Source of the DNA: Candidatus Zixiibacteriota bacterium
GTDB taxonomy: Bacteria; Zixibacteria; MSB-5A5; GN15; FEB-12
NCBI GenBank assembly: GCA_034659895.1
Contig: JAYEIF010000208.1
Location: 1 to 38,420, forward strand
DNA: 38,420 bases
Direction of reading: 5' to 3'
Positions 28,656-36,680 of this stretch are shown here, piece by piece; the first letter of the stretch is position 1, and every line of letters begins with the position of its first letter. A program made the translations under genes and the position numbers. The notes beneath the pieces were generated by a model. That model was not told where the DNA came from. It did not search any database and worked only from the letters and a program-made list of their open reading frames with translations.

Positions 28656-30929
28656 ATGCTGCGCACTTACCCTTCTCTGTTTCTGCTGTCGATGATAGTT
28701 CCCGGTATTGTGCTTGCCGATCAGATACAGTTACCAGTTTGGGCACTTCTGCTTATATCAGCCTTTGTCGCACTGATTGGAATAATCTGGCTGCGTAAGA
28801 CAAAATTAACTCGAGCTACTCTTGCTCTGGGATTTGCATTACTTTTCTTTTCAGCTTTTCATTATAGTTTGTGTTACTATCCAACTGGTCAAAATCATAT
28901 TGCCAACTATGCCGATGGGGAACAGCGTTATCATATCTATGGTCAGATAATTGACTGGCCAAAATTGCGCGCTGAGCGAACTGAATTTAAGGTCAGTATA
29001 GATTCCTTGATTTCCAGTAATGCGCACCATGTGCACGGAGCAGTATTGCTGAAACTGCATGATACAACGACAAGTCTTCAACGAGGAGATCGCCTTGAGT
29101 TTTACGGTCGTATCTACCCTCTCAGGAATACTGCCACTCCAGGCGGTTTTGATTATCGGCGTTATCTGAATCTTAAGGGCGTACACGGTATTGTATATTT
29201 ATCGACACAGCTTAATGTACGGTTAGATAAGCGGAACCGATACGGATTAATAAATCTTGTGGATAAACTTCGGTCTGCTATTGTTGACAGCTTTAATCGT
29301 AATATGTCTCCTGTTTCAGCAGCGTTGGCGGCAGGGTTCCTTATAGGCGAAACCAGAAACATTCCCACCGAGATTTATTCATGGTTCCGAGATTCGGGGA
29401 CACTGCATCTTCTAGCGGTGTCTGGCTCAAATGTGGCTATTGTATTGGGTTTCTTTATTTTTCTAATGTGGCCTATGCCACTAACACGCCGATTACGGAC
29501 TGCTATTCTTATTGTTGTGATTATTCTGTTTACATTGATTTCGTATGGAGATCCTTCAGTGGTGAGAGCTTCAATTATGGCAATTCTTGTGCTGCTGAGC
29601 AGATTGATTCAGAGGCGAATAGACCTCAATAACATAATCGGTGCAACAGCCGTGGCAATTTTGCTGTATGATCCCACCCAGCTATTTGATGTTGGCTTTC
29701 AGTTGTCCTTTACTACTGCATGGGGATTGATATTTATCACGCCTGTTATTGTGAAACGTTTTGAAGCTGTTAAACATCGGCGGTGGTTTCTATGGATAAT
29801 TCTTCCAGTTGTAGTGTCAATTATTGCGCAGATATGCTCAGGTCCGCTCATAGCTTTTTATTTTCACCGCATCCCTGTTTTATCAGTACCAGCTAATATA
29901 CTGATAGTCATGCTTACTTCAGGTGCTGTGTTTGGGATTCTTGGTATTCTTCTCGCTGATGCTGTTTTGCCGCTATTGGGTATATTTACTGGTTCATTAG
30001 TCAATTGGTTTATGGAACTTATTCTTCACTGTCTGCGATTTTTTGGTGGTGAAGGAGCGCCAATCATTGAAGTAAGTTCGATCCCTGTCTGGTTTGTCCT
30101 TGCCTGTTATGTATATATTGTTTTGCTGGTGTTTGCAGTTCACTCATTGCGAAAGCGCCGAATAGTAGTCCTTTCGCTGGCGGTTTTGGTTAATCTGGTG
30201 TTGTTGAACTTGGCTGTGAATAGCTTTGCCACAGAGGATCATACAGATATGTGGCTTGTGACAGTACCGGGTGGTATTGCGGCTGTTGTCCAGCAAAACG
30301 GCCAACCCAATGGCGATCTTATTATAACAGGGCTGAATGCTCGAGATTATCCAATAGATGATCGTATTCTTGTCCCTATGTTAGAAGGAATGGGGATAGA
30401 GGACATCAATTCCATATTTATTATTTCTTCAGATTATGGAGCTATTGATGATATTGTTAGGACTGCAGACAGGATGGCCGCTGATAGGTTGATAATCGCT
30501 AATCAGTTGGAACATAGTGTTAATGACGTTGTTCGATTCTCTCAGTATCAGCTTAAAGCAACAGAGATCATTGTTACATCTGATATTTCGACTGAACACA
30601 GAGCTGTTGGATACTACCCTTTCCGAAACGGTGTGCTGTTCCAATATCGGGATTCCTCTGTGCTATTTGTGGATGAATTTGTTCCAGACAGGATATCGGA
30701 ATTTTCCAAGGAGAAGCTTGCCCGATTGGTTATAGGTAGAGGAATTGACAAAAACGAGGAACTGACAGATTGGGCTGTTGAGTATGGGGTTTCGTCCATA
30801 GTTGCTCGAAGCATATTTGGGTCGGGATCAAATGAACTCCTATCGGATTCTTTATCATCCCAAAAAGATTTGATAGATATTACGGATCTTAGGCAAGTCG
30901 GAGCGTTGCATATACGGTTCTCTCCCTGA
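28656..30929 (+). CDS. comEC: ComEC/Rec2 DNA-uptake channel
   Basis: PGGFDYRRYL (DUF4131/OB), SGTLHLLAVSGSNV, SVVRASIM, GFQLSF (Competence domain); degenerate C-terminal domain. Confidence 0.92.
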   Translation: MLRTYPSLFLLSMIVPGIVLADQIQLPVWALLLISAFVALIGIIWLRKTKLTRATLALGFALLFFSAFHYSLCYYPTGQNHIANYADGEQRYHIYGQIIDWPKLRAERTEFKVSIDSLISSNAHHVHGAVLLKLHDTTTSLQRGDRLEFYGRIYPLRNTATPGGFDYRRYLNLKGVHGIVYLSTQLNVRLDKRNRYGLINLVDKLRSAIVDSFNRNMSPVSAALAAGFLIGETRNIPTEIYSWFRDSGTLHLLAVSGSNVAIVLGFFIFLMWPMPLTRRLRTAILIVVIILFTLISYGDPSVVRASIMAILVLLSRLIQRRIDLNNIIGATAVAILLYDPTQLFDVGFQLSFTTAWGLIFITPVIVKRFEAVKHRRWFLWIILPVVVSIIAQICSGPLIAFYFHRIPVLSVPANILIVMLTSGAVFGILGILLADAVLPLLGIFTGSLVNWFMELILHCLRFFGGEGAPIIEVSSIPVWFVLACYVYIVLLVFAVHSLRKRRIVVLSLAVLVNLVLLNLAVNSFATEDHTDMWLVTVPGGIAAVVQQNGQPNGDLIITGLNARDYPIDDRILVPMLEGMGIEDINSIFIISSDYGAIDDIVRTADRMAADRLIIANQLEHSVNDVVRFSQYQLKATEIIVTSDISTEHRAVGYYPFRNGVLFQYRDSSVLFVDEFVPDRISEFSKEKLARLVIGRGIDKNEELTDWAVEYGVSSIVARSIFGSGSNELLSDSLSSQKDLIDITDLRQVGALHIRFSP

Positions 30930-30977
30930 AGTCTATTATGCTCTATATATAGCAAATATGATATTAGAGCTTTTTAT

Positions 30978-31005
30978 TCAAGTTACCATCAAAATTATCC
31001 GATAA
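30978..31005 (+). promoter_or_regulatory. Sigma28 (FliA)-like promoter candidate
   Basis: TCAAG (30978-82), 15 nt, TCCGATAA (30998-31005), 66 nt before the DUF4388 gene. Confidence 0.55.
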
Positions 31006-31071
31006 CTATACAGAAGTACCTCTGTTGGGGTGAAGTGTGAATTACGTACTTGACCAGTCGAAGGATATGAG

Positions 31072-32274
31072 ATGAGTCTGTCCGGGAATCTAAAAACAGT
31101 GTCGTTTCCTGATATTCTGCAATTGTTGTCTACTGGAAAGAAAACTGGAATTCTTTCTGTTGAGACAGAAACACGAAAAAAGGAAGTAGCATTCAAGGAT
31201 GGTAGTATTGTGTACGCATCCTCAGTGAATTCGACAGAGGATCTTTTGGGAAATATGCTGCTTAACCAAGGGAAAATATCGAAATCCGATCTTGAACGCG
31301 CTATCACGTTACATCGTCAGACAGGACGTCAACTTGGCACCACACTGATAGATATGAAACTTTTTGACAAGGATGAAATAGCTGAGGTACTCAAACAGCA
31401 AATCGAAGAAATTGTTTATAATCTTTTCTCTTGGAGAGATGGTGATTTCACCTTTCGTGAAAATGAGAGCCCCAAGAATGCTCAATTTTTGGTAGCTCTC
31501 CCAACGATGAACGTTGTTATGGAAGGAACGCGACGGATTGATGAATGGATGGAAATACAAAAAGTTCTTCCACCTGATGATGTTATGTTGGCTATTTCCA
31601 AAGCGCCAAAGGTAAAGCGTGAAGAGGTTAAATTATCAATTGAAGAATTTCAGATTCTTGGACTAATTAATGGTGAGAGAACGATAGCTGATTTGATGGA
31701 CCAATCACCAATTGGAGAATTTGTTACATGTCGGGCAATCTACCGTTTAATAAATGGCAATCTGGTTAAATCTGTCGGCAGACGTGATATGGAGAAATCA
31801 CAGAAGGAAGATGAGGAAGAAGTCATTCTATCAATTATTTTCAAGCTGTATAATGTATGTTTTTACCGTATTAACGGTCTCTTTGAGGACGTTCTTGGTG
31901 ATGACAACAAGCTCTATCAATCCTTTGCCGCTCAATATAACAATGGACTGACAGCATTTTTCCCTGGTGTGGACCCCGCATCAAGCAGAGCGCCATCACT
32001 TGAACGCTTCATAAACGCTGTTAAGAAATTACCAGCTCCAATTCGTTTTCACAGGTTGATGCGTGATCTGGACAATATGCTTTCTGACAACCTACAATTT
32101 GTTTACCAACTGCTTGGAATTGGCATTTTCCATAGAAGTGTATCCTCAGTCAAAAGGGAAATTGCCGAGCCATTGGCTATGCGGCGGGAGCTTGTTAAGC
32201 GTTTTGGAGTTGAAGATAATTTCTATATGACAATAAAACGAGCCAACAAGACTGTCAAGTTGGTGAGGGGATAA
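31072..32274 (+). CDS. DUF4388 (PATAN-like) domain protein
   Basis: LSGNL....FPDILQLL..GKKTG.L, F.DG.IV.A, LG..L repeats, LFSW.DG.F.F, EG.RR.DEW, winged-helix-like LINGERTI.DL. Confidence 0.88.
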   Translation: MSLSGNLKTVSFPDILQLLSTGKKTGILSVETETRKKEVAFKDGSIVYASSVNSTEDLLGNMLLNQGKISKSDLERAITLHRQTGRQLGTTLIDMKLFDKDEIAEVLKQQIEEIVYNLFSWRDGDFTFRENESPKNAQFLVALPTMNVVMEGTRRIDEWMEIQKVLPPDDVMLAISKAPKVKREEVKLSIEEFQILGLINGERTIADLMDQSPIGEFVTCRAIYRLINGNLVKSVGRRDMEKSQKEDEEEVILSIIFKLYNVCFYRINGLFEDVLGDDNKLYQSFAAQYNNGLTAFFPGVDPASSRAPSLERFINAVKKLPAPIRFHRLMRDLDNMLSDNLQFVYQLLGIGIFHRSVSSVKREIAEPLAMRRELVKRFGVEDNFYMTIKRANKTVKLVRG

Positions 32275-32277
32275 ATT

Positions 32278-32640
32278 ATGAGCCGAAGTTTCTTTCTTAG
32301 TATTGTATTATTATTGGTTGCAGGTTCAAGAGCTAATGCAGCGAACTTTGCAGTAATTACAGCTCCACCTACAATATTGAACATACTTGTTCTGGTATTT
32401 GGGGTGGTCTGTGTAGGTGTGTCTTTTCACGTGTATTCGGCTGTTCGAGGTGGACGACTTAGTCGAAGTTGGATTTTCTTTTTGGCTGCCTTTGCTTTGT
32501 TAGTCCTTACTCAATTGTTAAGTCTGTTTCACACTCTGGAGGTTATTTCATTGCCCAGTTTTGTGATACCAGCTTGCTTTACAGTTATGGTTGGACTGTT
32601 TTTGAAAGGTGTGCTTGAAGCCAGAAAGACATTTGGTTAA
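32278..32640 (+). CDS. Small membrane protein (signal-like N-terminus plus 3 TM)
   Basis: Four hydrophobic segments, first ending ANA; 3 nt after the DUF4388 stop. Confidence 0.7.
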   Translation: MSRSFFLSIVLLLVAGSRANAANFAVITAPPTILNILVLVFGVVCVGVSFHVYSAVRGGRLSRSWIFFLAAFALLVLTQLLSLFHTLEVISLPSFVIPACFTVMVGLFLKGVLEARKTFG

Positions 32641-32651
32641 GAAAGATATAG

Positions 32652-32684
32652 TTGACATAACTTATTGCTAAATTTATATTTAGC
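32652..32684 (+). promoter_or_regulatory. Sigma70 promoter with an inverted repeat over the -10 box
   Basis: TTGACA (32652-57), 17 nt, TATATT (32675-80); GCTAAAT-N4-ATTTAGC at 32667-32684. Confidence 0.7.
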
Positions 32685-32745
32685 TAATGAGGAAAGAGTA
32701 AATGGTTGCTAACAATGTGATAGAACATGAGTTACAGGGGCACAG

Positions 32746-33618
32746 ATGACAAGTATTTCCGAGATTGATGACCGAATAGCAAAATGTCGGAAGATTCTCG
32801 AAGCCGATCCGAATTCGCAGATTTTTGCTGCCCTATCTGATTCATATCGTAAGAAAGGTGAGTTTGATAAGGCATTTCATGTTTGCCAGGGTGGTTTGAA
32901 AATCCATTCTTCCTATGGAGCGGCTCATGTTGTCATGGCAAAGATTAATCTCGACCGCGGCTTGTATGATTGGGCTGAGTCTGAAGCCAAAAAGGCCGCT
33001 AAGATCGATGGCTGGACAAGGAATGTCGAATTGTTGCTGGCAGAGATATTAATCTATAAGGGAGAGTTTTCCGATGCCATAAAATTGTTGACTCGTCTTC
33101 GTCAATCTGACCCTAGTAACAATCATATAAAAAAGCTGTTGGATATTGCACGACATTTTCCTGAAGAGCAAGAAAAGATAATTGGAAAGTCTGCTTCTAA
33201 TGTCATCTCGTCAGACTCAAACAAAGATAAAGTTGATAATGTTGATAAGGGTTCAGAGACGGTTGAGGAATCTTCTCTTGATGCTGCTGGTTTGATAGAG
33301 CAGGCAATTGAAGTTGTTGGTATCAAAGGAGCTATGTTTGTCAATCTTGATGGGTTTATTATTGAATCCAAGTGGCTTTTGGATATGGATTCCACTCTGT
33401 TTGGAGCAAGTTTCAGTGAGATTATGGATGATCTCAAGGTTAAGTTATTTGAGAGTTCATTCGGACACCTTGAATTTGTTCTGATTGAGACAGAAGATCT
33501 AATTTTTTTGATTGCTCGAATGAAGGATGGATTGTTTCTTTTTGTCGCCGATGAAGACGTCAACTTAGGTACAGTCAAGATGAAAATTGAAAAACTTCTG
33601 AATGTTTACAGGTCATAA
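32746..33618 (+). CDS. TPR plus C-terminal roadblock/LC7 domain protein
   Basis: TPR helices (DPNS..FAALSDSYRKKG.FDKA...C..GL..H); C-terminal GIKGAMFVNLDGFII...FG.LE.VLIE...VNLG.VK. Confidence 0.8.
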   Translation: MTSISEIDDRIAKCRKILEADPNSQIFAALSDSYRKKGEFDKAFHVCQGGLKIHSSYGAAHVVMAKINLDRGLYDWAESEAKKAAKIDGWTRNVELLLAEILIYKGEFSDAIKLLTRLRQSDPSNNHIKKLLDIARHFPEEQEKIIGKSASNVISSDSNKDKVDNVDKGSETVEESSLDAAGLIEQAIEVVGIKGAMFVNLDGFIIESKWLLDMDSTLFGASFSEIMDDLKVKLFESSFGHLEFVLIETEDLIFLIARMKDGLFLFVADEDVNLGTVKMKIEKLLNVYRS

Positions 33619-33633
33619 AGGATACAGTTTGCA

Positions 33634-34623
33634 ATGAGAGTCAATGCGCGTAATATTCGTCAGATAGCAGTGTGGTCACTGGTTCTTCTTGTCCTGCCGA
33701 TTATATATTTTCCAGAAATGTTCGGCACTGATCTGGGGGGAATATCTTTTACCAGTATCCTGGTGGAACTGTTTTTCTACGGGATGGTCCTGTTTTTGTT
33801 TGAACGTAGTGCAACACTGAAGGATATATCACTTGGGACGGTTATCTGTCTTGGGTATCGACTAGTTCTTGGGTCATTACTGGGGCTAATCTTTTTTGTC
33901 ATATACTTTATGGATTTTTCGGTGTCTATGTCACTTTCTCTTGGTAGCTACTTGCCAGTAATCATTTTGCAGGCTCTCGCAACACCATTTATTTTACGAT
34001 CAGCACTTCGTGACTCTGTTTTTTCAAGTAAGGGACGCAGGTTTCATGAAAAATCACCTAAGGTGTACTCAGCTTCAGATAATACAAAGGAGATGACCAC
34101 ACAACCTCAAGTAGTATCTGTATCGCAGAATCGACAGCCCTCAGATTCTACTATCATTGAACCTGACAAGACAACTCGCGAGTTTAAGGTGAAGCATTCT
34201 AATAGTAGCAATACAAACGGTTTTGAGAATGCTACTAAGTATATTGGTGAGAATGGCTCAGTAAAGATGGCGGCGATTGTGGATAGTGAAGGCTTGTTGT
34301 TAGGGAATTTTGTGCGCGGTGGAATCGATCCCGAGGATTGGTCACCGTTGGCTCTTCTCTTTGAGGATAACAACAATCGGCTTCTGAACCGCACAGGGTT
34401 TGGGCAAGTTGAACGGATTGGATTGACAATGGACGATGTACGTGTGATTGTAGCACGTGAGGGAGTTTTTTGTCTGATGGTAGTTGCCGAACGTCAGCAT
34501 GATGAGGTTCTAAATGTAAGGATTGAACAAGCACTAGAGATGATTAGAAAATATACGGCGGAACGGTATAGCAATGTACTGTTTGTAAACGCGGAGAAGG
34601 AATATGTACGAAGTACTGAGTGA
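33634..34623 (+). CDS. Multi-TM membrane protein plus C-terminal roadblock/LC7 domain
   Basis: About 4 N-terminal hydrophobic helices, S/T/Q-rich linker, then VKMAAIVDSEGLLLG...G.G.VE.I.L...LMVVA. Confidence 0.78.
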   Translation: MRVNARNIRQIAVWSLVLLVLPIIYFPEMFGTDLGGISFTSILVELFFYGMVLFLFERSATLKDISLGTVICLGYRLVLGSLLGLIFFVIYFMDFSVSMSLSLGSYLPVIILQALATPFILRSALRDSVFSSKGRRFHEKSPKVYSASDNTKEMTTQPQVVSVSQNRQPSDSTIIEPDKTTREFKVKHSNSSNTNGFENATKYIGENGSVKMAAIVDSEGLLLGNFVRGGIDPEDWSPLALLFEDNNNRLLNRTGFGQVERIGLTMDDVRVIVAREGVFCLMVVAERQHDEVLNVRIEQALEMIRKYTAERYSNVLFVNAEKEYVRSTE

Positions 34624-34945
34624 ATTAAATAAGACAAGTGGTGTGACTGGTTCATTGGTTGTGGGGAATGATGGTATTGTTATAGCAGCAGACCTTGATT
34701 CCTCATATGAAGGGGAGACTGTTGGCGCTTTGGCGGCTTCAATTACGGCAAATATCCAGAAATCATTGAATCGTCTTAATTCCAGCCCTCAAAAGCAAGT
34801 CATGATAGAAGCTGACAAGGGAAAGTTGTTCTTTACGGATGCAGATTTGGGTATTCTGGTTGTAACAACAGCCCAAAAGGTTAATATAGGACTTATCAGG
34901 CTGGAAATTAAGAACGCTGTTGGTCAGTTAAGAATGAAAAAGTAG
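34604..34945 (+). CDS. Stand-alone roadblock/LC7 protein (MglB/MglC-like)
   Basis: L..L....GVTGSLVVGNDGIVIA, VGALAA, IEA..GK, VNIGLIRLE; overlaps the upstream gene by 20 nt. Confidence 0.9.
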   Translation: MYEVLSELNKTSGVTGSLVVGNDGIVIAADLDSSYEGETVGALAASITANIQKSLNRLNSSPQKQVMIEADKGKLFFTDADLGILVVTTAQKVNIGLIRLEIKNAVGQLRMKK

Positions 34946-34978
34946 GACAACGGGAATACTCAACGATGGGATCTGAGC

Positions 34979-36094
34979 ATGGTTTCGATTAATTATTCAG
35001 CACGAGAAGTATGCTGTAAAATTGTGTATTACGGCCCAGGATTGTCGGGCAAGACAACCAATTTGCAATATGTCCACTCGAAGGTGCCGGGGAATACTCG
35101 TGGAGACCTTATATCGTTAGCAACGGAGTCAGATAGAACACTTTATTTTGATTTTTTGCCAATTAACATTGGTACTATCAATGGCTTTGCTGCAAAGTTT
35201 CAACTGTACACTGTCCCCGGACAAGTTTACTACAATGCAACGCGTAAACTTGTGCTTCGCGGTGTGGATGGTATTGTATTTGTCGCTGACAGCCAGCCTG
35301 ATAAGATGGATGAAAACATTGAATCACTGGCTAACTTGGAAGATAATCTAATTGAGTACGGTTATGATATTAACACTTTACCGATGGTAATTCAGTATAA
35401 CAAGCGTGATTTGCCGGGAATACTGTCAGTTGAACAACTCAATGAGCAGCTCAACCCAGTGGGACGGCAGTTCTTTGAGGCTTCCGCGACAATTGGAAAT
35501 GGTGTATTTGACACGCTTAAATTGATAATCAAGTTGGTTCTGGATAAGGCGAAAAAAGCTGGTCAGAAGTCCACTCCAAAGGTTCAGGAGGTGAAGCCCA
35601 GCACTAAACAACCAGTTTCAGCTCAGCAACCGTTACCGAAGCCGGAAGCGTCATCACCTGAATCTTCAGTTTCTTCCTCAGCAGATGATTCTGCCGAGAC
35701 AGATTCTGCCGAGACAGATTCTGTCGAGAGCGTGCCACATAAGACCACTCGTCAGGATGGCGTGCCTTCAGTTTCCTCTGAGAGGGGGACTGAAAAACAG
35801 ACGAGGGAGACGGTGGTCGATAAAGAGCCATTACCCTCAGGGCAATATCGCCCTTACCCAGGAAATACACCTGTTCAGACAAAAGAAAAAAAGATTTCAG
35901 CGACAAAATTTTCACCGGGTTTGACTTCAGAGTCAAGTGAAAATGCTGCAGGACAGAAGGCTCTTCAAGCTAATAATGGTGATGCTGAACAATCCTCGGC
36001 AGAGGGGTATTCTCCATCAATGGCGCCGTCATTGCGACGAAGAACCGAAAAGAAAAAACGAGGGTTTTTTAAACGTTTGTTCGGAATTAAGTAG
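34979..36094 (+). CDS. mglA: MglA-family small GTPase with long C-terminal extension
   Basis: INY..REV..KIVYYGPGLSGKTTNL, DRTLYFDF, LYTVPGQ, QYNKRD, EASA...GVF.TL; about 180 extra residues follow the G domain. Confidence 0.95.
   Translation: MVSINYSAREVCCKIVYYGPGLSGKTTNLQYVHSKVPGNTRGDLISLATESDRTLYFDFLPINIGTINGFAAKFQLYTVPGQVYYNATRKLVLRGVDGIVFVADSQPDKMDENIESLANLEDNLIEYGYDINTLPMVIQYNKRDLPGILSVEQLNEQLNPVGRQFFEASATIGNGVFDTLKLIIKLVLDKAKKAGQKSTPKVQEVKPSTKQPVSAQQPLPKPEASSPESSVSSSADDSAETDSAETDSVESVPHKTTRQDGVPSVSSERGTEKQTRETVVDKEPLPSGQYRPYPGNTPVQTKEKKISATKFSPGLTSESSENAAGQKALQANNGDAEQSSAEGYSPSMAPSLRRRTEKKKRGFFKRLFGIK
35687..35731 (+). repeat. Three tandem 15-bp units (GATTCTGCCGAGACA) in the mglA tail
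   Basis: Encodes DSAET-DSAET-DSVES; two exact copies and one diverged copy. Confidence 0.92.
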
Positions 36095-36111
36095 CCACTA
36101 AGGAGGCATGG

Positions 36112-36603
36112 ATGACTGATAATAGTCTGATCCTCTATGAAGAGGAAATAAAACAGATTGACACTCTTATTTCAAAAATGCTTAAAGCTGCCGAGGCAAA
36201 GTGTGGTCTGCTCGTTGATAAGGATGGTCATTTGATTACCAGACAGGGGTTTACCAGCACATTGGATACTACAGCGTTAGCAGCGCTGCTTGCTGGTTCG
36301 TTTGCTTCTACAAAGGAAATTGCCAAACTTGTTGGGGAACCGGAATTTTCGGTTTTGTTTCATCAAGGGAAGAAAGATCATATACACATGTCGATTGTAG
36401 GCGAACGTTCTATCCTTGTGGTTATTTTTGATGATCGGACAACTATAGGGATGGTGAGATTGTATGCCAAGGAAACCGCTGTTGAACTCACCAAAGTGTT
36501 TGAAAAAGTGACTAACGATTCACGTGAAAAGACTCAAATTAGTGTTTCGAATGATTTTGCCGATGGAGCTCAGGACAGGCTTGACGACATCTTTCAGGAC
36601 TAA
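36112..36603 (+). CDS. mglB: MglB roadblock protein (GAP of MglA)
   Basis: L.LYEEE, LVDKDG.LI, DTT.LA.L.AG, LVGE.EF...FH.G.KD, LVVIFD.RT..G.VRL and an acidic C-terminal helix (LDDIF), as in Myxococcus MglB. Confidence 0.93.
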   Translation: MTDNSLILYEEEIKQIDTLISKMLKAAEAKCGLLVDKDGHLITRQGFTSTLDTTALAALLAGSFASTKEIAKLVGEPEFSVLFHQGKKDHIHMSIVGERSILVVIFDDRTTIGMVRLYAKETAVELTKVFEKVTNDSREKTQISVSNDFADGAQDRLDDIFQD

Positions 36604-36680
36604 GTTTTATATTTGTTACGCTTGTAGCGTTTCGTATTTGATGCGCTGACTACAGGTAATGAAACTCAGGTAAAAATGTT

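Noticed and set aside
36604-36680. c-di-GMP riboswitch upstream of pilB
   Set aside because: Short hairpins are present (ACGCT-TGT-AGCGT) but no class I or II consensus was recognised.
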